Shown: piece after piece, positions 23,301 through 35,300 of the stretch
Position numbering within the stretch: position 1 is the stretch's first letter
How the letters are laid out: each line of letters opens with the position of its first letter
From: a virus
Length of the DNA stretch: 64,000 nucleotides
Direction: 5' to 3' (one strand)
Virus record (IMG/VR): IMGVR_UViG_3300030107_002332
Position numbers and translations under genes: made by a program
Notes under the pieces: model-generated
What the model was told of the DNA's origin: nothing
The model's database searches: none
The model's input: the letters and a program-made list of their open reading frames with translations, nothing else

Positions 23301-26300
23301 TTAGTAGCATTGTTATCCTTACCACATGTAAATGTTAATGAGTTGTCAGCAATCTTAATCTTCTGTCCAGCTAACATTCCATGACCTGCAACAGTAAATG
23401 CTAATAAACCGTTAGTTGGGTTGTAAGTAACAGAAGTTGGAGTTAATGTTCCTGCTTTTGGTACAAATGTATGAGTACCAGCAGTTGCATCATTAGCAGT
23501 TCCAACATTGACTGTAATTGATGTTGAGGTTACAGCAGTAATTGTTGTTGCAGCATCATATACAGGGTCAGTAGTACGAGGATATTTGTGCTCAGTAGCA
23601 TTACTATCCTTAGTACATGTGAATGTTAAGGATGCAGGTTCAAATCTAACAGATGTACCAACAGTCAAACTATGACTACCGATAGTCATAACCATATCAC
23701 CTGTAGTAGGAGTATAGGTGACTGCTGATGGGTTAAAGGATACTAAAGGTGATGCACCAACATTAACATCAAATGTATTAGTTGTTACATTTGCAATGTT
23801 TATAAAGTCACCACTTAGAGGATCAGATGATCTTGGATAAGGGTGAAGAGTAGCATTATCATCCATATCACAAGTAAATGTGATTGCACCATCTTCAATC
23901 TTAACCTTATCACCAAGAACCATTCCATGATTAGGAACAGTTAATGTCATTATACCTGTTCTTGCAACATATGAAGCAAGTGTAGGAGTAAGGTTAGTAC
24001 CAGAAGTAATTGTTAAATCGCCTGTTGTAGGAGTATAACTTGCATTAGTTGCTGTACTATGAACTCCATCACTTACAATCTCAACTGAATCATTATAGAT
24101 TGGATCTGTTGTTCTTGGATAAGTCTTATACTCAGTAGTACCACCCATAGAGCACAAATACTTCAGAGAGTTATTTGCAATCTTAACATTGGTTCCTACT
24201 TCTAAACTATGATCTCCAATACCTAACTTCAACCAACCCGTCTCAGGATCATAAGTAGAGGATGTTGGAGTGAAACTCTTAATTGGTGATGGACCAACAT
24301 TAACATTAAATGTATTAGTTGTTACACCAGAGACTTCTAAGTATCCAGAACTTGCTTCGTCGGATATTCTGGGATAGGTGTGTTCAGACCTATCTTGGTC
24401 CATACTACACGTAAAAGTGAGTGAGTCATCAACAAGTTTGATTCTATCGCCATTTGAAAGTCCATGACTATTGCTCGTAATAGTTAATACACCAGTATTC
24501 GCTACGTATGCTGCATTAGACGCTGTAAGAGACGAGGCACCATTAATACCATGAGAAGACTTGGTTAATGTTAATTCACCTGTTGCAGGGTCATATACTG
24601 CTGATGTAGGAGTAATGGAAGTAAGTGAATTTGTTGTGGAATCAGTGATAGTAGTATCAGTTGTCTGAGTTAAACCATGATCACCTTGAACTTCCCAAAG
24701 AGTGTTGGTTCCAATGTACTGAACCATTTCCTGAGTCTTCTTAAATGCCCAAAGACTTTCAGTAACTTCACTCTTAATTTCTTTTAATTGGATAGGATTA
24801 GCAGTTCTATCAACATAGAATGCAGATGCATCCCAGATATGACTGTTACTACCGTTGCGAATATCATCTACAACACTCTTCAATACATCAACAATATCAT
24901 CAGCACAGTTAATAGATCCACCCTTAACAGTGAAGTTAGGGAATCTCTTCTTCATTAACCATACAACTTCTTGAGCAATAAAGTCTAAGTTTGCAAGTAC
25001 TAAATCGCCAGCGTTGATATATCTCTGAGTATTCTTATTAAATCCATTGTTGGCAATACCAACATTAACAGTAAGAGTTGTCCCTGAAACCGCAGTGATA
25101 GCAAGGGTTGTGTCGTATGCAGGGTCAGTTACTCTTGGATATGTATGAGAGGTTTGATGATTATCCTTAGAACAAGTGAAGGATAACTTATTAGCACCAA
25201 TCTTAAGAGTATCACTTGTTGTGAAACTATGAGAACCAATAGTTAATACCAAGTCTCCTGTATTAGGATCATATGTTGCATCAGTTACATCCTTCTGTAC
25301 ACTATTAGCAGTTATTGTAATAGCATTAACTGCAGTACTACCATTATAGATGTGCTTACCAGCAACATCTCTTACAGTTGCAAGAATAGCATCATTATTG
25401 AAGAATTCTCCTTCAGTAAATCCTTCTACACCAGACCAATCATCAATATAATTAACACCATCATTACCATCACAGTGTAATAGTAGTTTTGTATTAGCAT
25501 CACCTTGGAATATACCAGCAACAGGAGTAAATGCACCAGTATAACGGTTAGTTGTAGAAACTCTTACCTCATCAACATGACCAACAAATCCATTAGCACC
25601 ATTCCAATCAGCACCAATTCTTATTGGTTTAGCAACATAGGTTGTACTGTCAGTACCAGTTCCAGCTTCAACACCATTAATGTAGATCTTACCAGTTGTG
25701 CTGGACTTAACATATGCAATATGAGTCCATGTATTAGCAGAAATCGTTGTTGCACCTGAAGTTACAAGATCAGAATTATTAACATTTACACGAACTTGAC
25801 CTGCCTCTAAGTATAATCTGAAGGCAACTTCATTAGCACTACTTGCTCTTGTATCGAATATATCAGCAGTACCACTTACTGAAGCAGTAGCAGGACGGAT
25901 ATACATCTCAATAGTAAATGCACCAGATCCAAATGCTATTTCATCAGTAGATGCATTAACAATATAATCAGCAGCAGCAAATTCTAAAGATGCTGTTCCA
26001 AACTTCTTCTGTGCGGTATCGATAGCAGCAGCATTTTCAAAGGTAAAGTCAAAGTAATCTTCACCATTTGCTTTACATCTACCAATCTTACCAAGATAAA
26101 CAATATTACGTGCTTGATTAAATCCAATAACTTCAGCTTTAGTATCTCTGGTTCTAATTACTTGTCCAGTATTAAAGAATCCATCACCAATTCTATTAGT
26201 GAAACTTAATTTTCTAACTCTTCCATCTTCTCCAGCAATAAAATCACCATTACTATTACCATATTCAATCTTATAATTACGGATATTCTCATTTTCTACA

Positions 26301-29300
26301 AGAGTTCCTACTGCATTATCATAAGGAATAGTATAGTTATTGATACGCTCATTAGAAGGGAATTTAGAATCAAATGCAGTAGCATTGTCTGTAAAGTCAA
26401 CAATACTAATCTGAGACTTAGAAATATCGTCTAATACAACGTTTGGATAAGTCTGAGAGGTAATTCTGTTGAATAGTAGACCAAAGAATGATGAACCTTC
26501 AGATATATTAACTTGACCAATAAATTCATTAGTTGTAGGATCTTGATATGCTGCAGTTGCAGTAACAGTAGCAACAACACCAGATGATGCACCAAGAATA
26601 ACATCATTTAATTGAATATCAAATAAACCAGGAGTTGATTGATAAGTACCAGCAGTCTTACTTAGGGTTAATGTATTAGTAACGCTAATGTCTGTACCGT
26701 AAATTGGAGTATTCTCTTGTACAGATTGAGCAGTAGTACCAAGTTGTCCTCTGGTAACACCTATAGTTGTAGATGATGATCCATCAGTAATACTATCAAC
26801 TCTGAATATTTCAGAACCAAACTGATAATTCTTAGTAGCAGTAAATGTTCCAGCTGGAACAGGACCAGGATCGCCAGTTAGAGGAACTACTTCAAATGAT
26901 ACAGTAGAAAGACCAATAGTATAACGAACCTTAGCTACTGGTGTTTCAGCACCAGATTCAAGGTTAATTTGTTCAACCTTTGCAGTATCTCCAGTTAAGT
27001 TAGTGATCTGCTCACCAAATGTGAATAGACCAATATTTGATACAGCAGTATTTGTTGCTAAGTTAGCAGAGAATCCAGTAGCACTAACAGTACATAATTC
27101 ACCAACAATAAAGGTTCCTTCAATAATATAACCATTAATTGTAGTACCAACAACTGTTGTTACAGTTAACTTTGCACCAGATGATATACCAGTTAATACG
27201 TTACCTAATGATGGGTAAATACCACTCTGATTAGTAAATGTAAGTGCAACAGTAGACTTCTGAGAAATTGTTATGTTTGCATACTTAACACTTGCTGGAG
27301 GTTGTGGTGGTTCGGAGAATACAATAGAGTCTTGCTGAATACTAAATGAAGTCTTAGGATTCTGTACAACACCATTCAATACAATCATTAACTGGTTTGC
27401 GTTTGCAACAACATTACCACCATCAACAGTTAGAGGGAATGAGATTCTCTCACCGTCAAATAAGTTAGAAATATCATCGACACGTTGTACAACAGAGGTC
27501 AAAATGTTCTCTGAAGATGTCAGTCTCTTCTGCCTGAATAGAACTTCAGTATTATTGAAGTCAGAGTAAATTGGTTCAACAAGAGCAAAGTTTTGAATAT
27601 TAGGAACGATTGATTCCTGAGCAAGTTCAACAGACTTAGTTAACTGGAAGAATGTCTCTTTGTTAGGAACAAATCCATACTCATTAAGGTTTAATTCACC
27701 AAATACTTTAAATGATGCAGGGTGAACGTTCTTAATAAGGATCTCTTTCCAATCGCTGATAGAAACAGCAGATTTAACAGCATAAGAGAAGTCCTGATAG
27801 TAGTAAGAGTCTTGAATCTTTTGAATAATTTCGGAAGGTTTACCAACATCATCGATAAACTGACCTGTTGTTTTGGTAATAGAACCAATTTCAAGAACAC
27901 CTTTAGCGATCTTCAGATCACTGATAGTACCTGAAGACTTAGAAATAACACCAGTAACTTTTTCATTTTCTGTAAATGAACCAGTGTAATCAACAATCTT
28001 AAGAATTCGAGGTCCAACCTGCCAACCAGAGTTAGTAGAAACATAACCTTGAGCAGTAGCATTTTCAAGTGAATCACCTTGATATATCAATTCTCCTTCT
28101 AAGAAAGTAGAAGTGATAACGTTAGCAGTAGCAGCACCACCAAATGATTCAGTTAATACACTTTGACGACCTTCACCAGCGTTAACGAAGGAAAGAGCAT
28201 CACCAAGAGCAGCGTTAGATGCAGTAATAGCAAGTTTTAACTGATCTGGTTCCAATGAGTTTGCTGTACCAGCAATAGCAAAGTAAGTAGTAGAAGCATT
28301 TAATCTACCAGTTGCACCAGCAGCAAGTGGGAAATCAGCACCATCTCCAGTATCAGTTACAGTAACTGTTACTTCAGAACCATTTACAATACCATGAGGA
28401 TAAGCAAATTGAAGTAATCCTAAGTCAAGGTTTACAACATAGTTGAATGAAGACTTAAGATTAATAGTTGGTGTAGATGAATAACCAGCACCAGGATCTT
28501 TAACAAAGATTTGATCTAATCGACCATTCTTGATAGTTGCTTCAGCAACAGCACCAGTACCACCACCACCTGTAATTACAACAGCAGGAGGTAAGGAATA
28601 ACCAGAACCTGGGTCAGTAACTGTAATACTTGAAAGTATACTTGTAGATGTTAACTGAGCGTTAATCGGGAAGGTAATCTCAGGACGTAAAGTATAGTCA
28701 TGAGGATAATCATATCCAAAGTTATTATTCTTAAGTTTCTTGATTTTTCCGACATTTGTACCCTTAGTAAAGATAGATGCCCCTGTACCAGCAGAAGGAA
28801 TAACAACTACTAATTCAGCACCAGATCCAGTTAAACCAGATCCAAGAATACCTGAAATTGAGTTAATATCAATAGTTGCAGTAGTATATCCTTTACCTGG
28901 ATCAATAACATCAACTTTTTGAATTTGACCTGGTATAGTAGTACCTTCATCATCAGTGCCATCAGCAACAGTAATAGAAACTAATCCACCTTCTCCATCA
29001 CCAGCAATAGGTACGTTATTGTATTCTCCAACAGCATATTCAGTACCTGGAGCATTAATTTGAACTCTTTCAATCTTTCTTGTTGATACAATACCTGTAA
29101 CAACTGGTAATTTAGTATAGAATCCACCAGAGTTAACAATACGGATATTATTAATAGAACCAACAGCTTTTAGTGAACTTGTACTATAACTTGTCCTACT
29201 TACATCTGCAGAACCTTCTGGCTCATTTTGTAGAGGGAATTTGAATATATCAGGTCCAGTAGTAATAGTCTGACCAGCAGTAGAACTAATTTGGAATGTA

Positions 29301-32300
29301 CCCTTATATGGAGAATCTACAACATCTAAGTAACTACCAGGAATTACAGGAGAATCATCCCCAGTTCTTGATGGGTCAAAGTAATATGAAATATTTGTAA
29401 CAACGCTTTGATCAACTTTCAGTTTAACTGTAGGTGTAGGTTGTCCTTGACCAGTTACACCAGGAGTACCAATTCTTTCAATAGAGTTGAATGAATATTC
29501 CAACTTATAAAGGTTATCCTTAGCAAATGATAGGTTACCCCCAACCAATGAAGAGTGACTTAGGTCAAACAGATACTGGTGACCATAATACATCTTCAAC
29601 ACAGGAGACTTAACAAATATACTAACATTACCAGGAGTGCTTGTCTCAGGATCAGTTATTGCTGCTTGAGGTAATTTGTAAGTAAATTCAAGTGAACTTA
29701 CAACAGTATCAACAGGGAATGCACCATCATACTCATCATATACAACACCACCAGAAGTACGTTCTGGGTTACCATCAATATAAAGCATTTCACCTGCATT
29801 GAGGTAATGCTTAGTAGCAGTAATTACATAAACTTCATCACTATTAGCAACTGCAGTTACCTGAAGAATCTTAGTAAGGTTTGCAACTAAAGTAATCTTT
29901 AGAACACCAGTTAAATTAACTATTGTTGCTTGAGAATAATCAGCATTATAAGAAATATCACCTGAATTGATTGTAACAACAGATCCAACAATATATGGTG
30001 AAGAACCAGAAACTTCATCAATTCTTATAGAGTAATCTGCATCAGCATATGGTTTGAATGTTGCAAATGTGTGTAGATTATTAGCTCCACCAACTTCTAA
30101 AGGATAACTTGAAAGAGGAATGATAAAGGTTCCAGGAGTTTGATTAACAACTTGTGCAAAAGTATATCCTATTATCTCATTAATATCATTAGGAATTGGT
30201 CCAACAATGTTATAAGTAGACTGCTCACTAAACTGAACTGTGCTTAATTGACCAGTATTAAGATCATCTGACCAAAGATTATTATTAACAGCAACATATA
30301 TCTTATTGTTATCATTATCAACTCTAATGATATAACCGCTATTTTTAAATGTAGATCCTGTATAAAGTTGTAATTTAGCACCAACTGTGAAATTAAATGC
30401 CTGATTAACAGTAAGAATCTGAATATTATCAATCTTAACAGTATCAGTAACTTTAAAGTAATATCTGTCTTTAACTACAGCAGATACCTTAAGTTTCTGT
30501 GAACCTGGAGAAGGAACAGTAGCAGTTCTTGAACCCCAAATATCCTGAGTATAAGTTAGAGTCTCAGTATCTTGAGACATCGTAGTTGTTGTATCGTCAA
30601 AGTCAAGAGTCTGTAAACCTGCATCACCTAAACTATATCCAGTAGCAGAAACAGTTATAGCAGAACCAGTAACAGGAGTTACAGCAGTTCTAACAAATCC
30701 TAATTTAGTATTAGTTCTTTCACTATAAGTTCCAATTCTTCCAGATTCAGCATTCTTATCAACCTTAATACCCCAACCAACATAATCAATATTATCATAA
30801 CGATTCAAGTAAGAAGTAAACCATGCATCATCTACCCAATCAAATGTCTGACTATAACTTGCAGTTGGAGGTAATGTTACAACATCAGTAGGAACTGTAG
30901 GAGTTACAAATCTATTCCTTAATTTAATGTTATCAATGTAGAATTGACCCTGCTTAGATTGAGCAAAATCAGTTGCTCCACTACCAAAACCAATTTGGTT
31001 ACCAAAGTATATGTTTTTAGTACCAAGAGCAGTATTTGATAATGTACCAGTAATAACTGCAATACCATTAATATATGCCTTGAACTCATTACCATTCTTA
31101 GTTAATGCTACAAACTGCCAAGAGTTATCAGCATACATGTTGGTCTGAGATGATGACTGACCAGAACCGCTTATAAGTTGTGTTGTGTTATTAGTAATTA
31201 CTAATTGTAACTCTCCACTACCATTATCATAACCTAACCATAGACCACCAGTAGCATCTCTTGCTCCACCAATACCACATAAGGTTTGAGCACCTTGAGA
31301 TAAAGTCTGTGATTCACTACCATTCTTATAGATCATGAACTCTAAAGTCCAATCACCAGCAAGAGTCTCTTTTAATGTAGTACCTGGAACACTTAAGTAA
31401 GAATTAACCCAAGTAGAATTAGAACCTGCAGGATTATAACCATAGATCTTAGCAAGGTTACCTGTATAGGTTATTGCATTAGTAGCACCAACAGATGTTA
31501 AAACATGATGACCTGTTATATCAACTTGCTCATTATTAGCAAAATCGTAGATAAATTCATTTCTATTCCACTGAGTTTGACCAAATACATGAACATCACC
31601 TGATTCATCAACATCAAGTGCATGTGCAGTTACACCCTCAATATTATTAATATTGAAATTATTAGTTGTATGATTCTTAATCTTACCATCATAACCAATC
31701 TTAACTGTATCTACAGTTGTTTGAGTATTTGTATTATTCTTTCTTGTAAATGCAACGTTTAAATCACCAAATAAATCAATTTCAGATGAAGTTGTTACAT
31801 GAACTTCTCTACCTGGAGCAAGATAACGATAATTCCAGATTAAAGTACCATCAGTAGAATTAACCTTACCAACCCAGAAACTATCTCTAGTTGTATCATC
31901 ACTCTTCATTCTGCAAGAAGCAGTAAGATAAATTTCCTTAAATTCATCAATACAAAGTGTAGAATCTAAGAATGAGTAAGTTGCATTACTAAATTCCTTA
32001 ATCCATTGAATTTCAATAACACTTGTACCAATAGTTGCTTTACCTACACACTGATTAATATCCTGAGCAGTGTCTGTTGCTGATACTTCCATCGTGAAGT
32101 ATACATCAGTACCATCAATGATTAAATCAGTAATTTTCTCATTTCCAGTAGCAGAAGCTAACTTTCTCTTAACTGAGAAATTACCAGTAGTATCAATAGA
32201 TGCAATAAATGCATCAAAAGGTGCAGCAGAGTTAGTATTAGTATAACCACCAATAATATAACGAGTATCTGAATATTTCTGAATTGCAGTTACATTATCA

Positions 32301-35300
32301 GAACGAGTTGCACCAGATATACCAGCATATGCTTTTTGGAAACTTAATGTTGCACTAAGTCCATTTTCTGCCTGAACATACTTACAAAGAATGATATCAG
32401 GGTTATATGCATCGAGTAGAGAACTATTGGGTTTATTATTACCAACTACCCAAATATTATCTCCATCTACATACAATCTCTCAAATTCTACGTATTTTAG
32501 ACCAGCTGTACTCTCTAAAGTTTTTTGCCACTCTTTAACACCTGTAGCAGATAACTTCGCTACAAATCCTACTGTATTACCATCAGCATCTAAAGTTTTA
32601 CCACAAGTGAATACTTCTTTCTTAATATTAACCTTACAGTCATTAATCTTGACATAATTATTATTTTCAATCTTAGAAACATAATAATCAGCCTTCTTGT
32701 ATATCTGAGGATGACTTAAAATAACACGAGGATTGGTAGTATACCCAGATCCAGAGTTAGTAATGTTAACAGTATCAATAGCACCAACAGAACTAACAAC
32801 CGCTTGTAAAGCACCTTGGGTTCCGTCGCCATCGATGATAATTGTTGGAGGAATTTCTTCATTATATCCAGATCCTGTCTGACTAATGACTATTTGCTCA
32901 ATACCCTTGAATTGACGAACTTTAAATGTTTTGTTCGTGTTATCCATGATAGGTGTATAATCAATAAACACACTATCGCCAGCTATCAAGTTATGAGGTA
33001 CATCTGTCTTTAATGTACCGTAGTTACTTCCACTTACATTCTCAAAACCATAAGTTGAAACTGACTCACCTTTAATACGTGAAACACGAGCAGATACACC
33101 ATCTCCATCAGTATCTGTATTATCAAATACCAGTCTATCATTGACCTGATAGTTAATACCTGGGTTTTCAACTGTAAATCCAGTTACAGAAGCATCTTCA
33201 AACTTAGTAATAGTCTCAACTTCAATATCAACCTTGGAGTCAAACTTAACTGTAGGGAAGTAATCGAATAGTTGTAATGGTGCTTCTTCAAACAACTGAG
33301 TAGGATTAGCAGTCTCCTCAGCATCAATTACACCATCTCTATTAACGTCTTCTGGATCGAATAAGAGGATTTCTCCTGCTTCAGTAGTCAATGCATTAGT
33401 AGAAGCATTTGGAGTCCTTGTAACGTCAATATCAACGTTCTCATAAGGGTCTCTGTAACGTACAACACCTGCAGGAATGTTCTGTTGTGTTGCAGCATCA
33501 ACAAGGTTCCATTTATCAACAACTGAGTTGAAACTTGGACCTAAAACATAAGGGAATACTGGGTTACCATCTTCTGTAGAATCAATAGTAACAAAATAAC
33601 AATATCTACCATCAGTAAAGTCTGGTGTCTTACAGAAACGACCATTATACTGATCTAAATCACCTAAACCGAAGACATACTCATAATCTTCAACAAAGTT
33701 ACCAGCAGCTTCTGAATTTAGTAAAGGACCAGCAGTTCTTGCTGGATATGGGTTAGTTGTTGCATCATAAACTAAATTTGTCTTCAATCTATAAGAAGTA
33801 TTCAGTTTTGTAATAGAAGATGCTTGGTTAGTTGGGTCAGAGAAACCATAAGGACCATAAATTGGGTTACCATCAAACGCCCATCCAATGATAGGTGAGT
33901 GATTTAATTGAGTTTCTTGCTCCTTAATATTACCACTAGCATTTTCAAATAAGTTATCACCAAGAATATATCTTAATTTCTGAGGGTTGGATAAGTGAGC
34001 ATACTCACCACCATATTGGTTATTAAATCCTTCAAATACAGTACCTTTAGCAGAGTCAAATGTTGATGTTGCTTGAAGGTTATAAGTCCATTGGAATACA
34101 TTAGGTGTAAATGTAGCACCTTGACCAACAGATGTTAGGTTAATAATCGTAGTACCTTGAACATAGTTAATACCCTTATTAACAATAGTGATACCAGTAA
34201 CTCTACCAGCATTTTCACCATCAGTATCAATAGTAGCACGAGCAACAGCACCAAATCCAGCACCCTGAACAGAAACTTCAGGTGCGGTAGTATATCCAGA
34301 TCCAGCAGAAATAATAGCGATAGAAATGATTCTACCATTAGTTACAATTGCCTGAGCAACTGCACCACTACCAGAACTTAGTGTGACAGCAGGATTTGAA
34401 GTGTATGAAGCACCACCATCTGTTATAGCAATACTTTGAATTGGACCACGAACAGATGCAGTACCTTCAGCACCAGTTCCTCCACCACCAACAATAGTAA
34501 TTGAAGGCTGGGAAGTATATCCAGAACCACCTTGGTTGATCAGTATACTAGATACAACACCTTTAGTGATAATAGCAGTAGCTGCTGCTCCTGCTCCGCC
34601 ACCACCTACAATAGAGACCAAAGGTGAGGAAGTATACCCAGAACCCCCTGCAGTGACTGTGACTTCAGAGATAGAACCATCAACAGTTACATTTGCAGTT
34701 GCACCTGAACCGCTACCACCAGAAATAGTAATAGTTGGAGGTGAAGCAGCATCATATCCAGCACCAGCATTAGTGATGTTAATTCCAGTTATAGCACCGA
34801 AAGTTTTACTTAATTTTGACTTATATGCCCATATTGATACACCATTAACCCAAGTACCAACAGGACCAGAATCAATAGTATTCTTAGTCGAAATTGTAGT
34901 AGGTACTTTAGGAAATCTGTTTAATTTACGTTGGTTTCCTGGAAGAAGAGCAGATCCTGGGAAAGGACCAATCTTATAGTTAGGAATACCTGTAGAAGCA
35001 ACGTAAGTATGAGTAGTATCGAAGAATGAGTTTTGTACGTTAGTAGTATAAGAACCAATAGCATTTAAAACTGCACTATTATCTGACTTACCTTTATTAA
35101 GGTCAACAGATACAAGAATATTACCTTGAGGTATTACAGTAGCAGGTTGGGGAAGTTGATACTGGAAAGTATACTCGGAATCCCTTGATGTGACTAAGAA
35201 AGTTCCGTTATAGATTATTGGGTTAGCACCATATACAGTTACCTGATCTCCAACTAATAATCCATGAGGATTAGCACAAGTAAGAGTTGCAGATTGGTCA

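Noticed and set aside
19004-24616. Possibility that the repeat region is a DNA-level tandem array, CRISPR array or DGR target
   Set aside because: Similarity is at the protein level with diverged DNA; no identical direct repeats with spacers; no cas or reverse transcriptase gene in the window.
1173-34338. Short minus-strand alternative-frame ORFs inside the large genes (e.g. 1173-1370, 9216-9419, 14689-14919, 27691-27900, 34135-34338)
   Set aside because: Leu-rich off-frame by-products of T/A-ending codon bias; no RBS or motif support.
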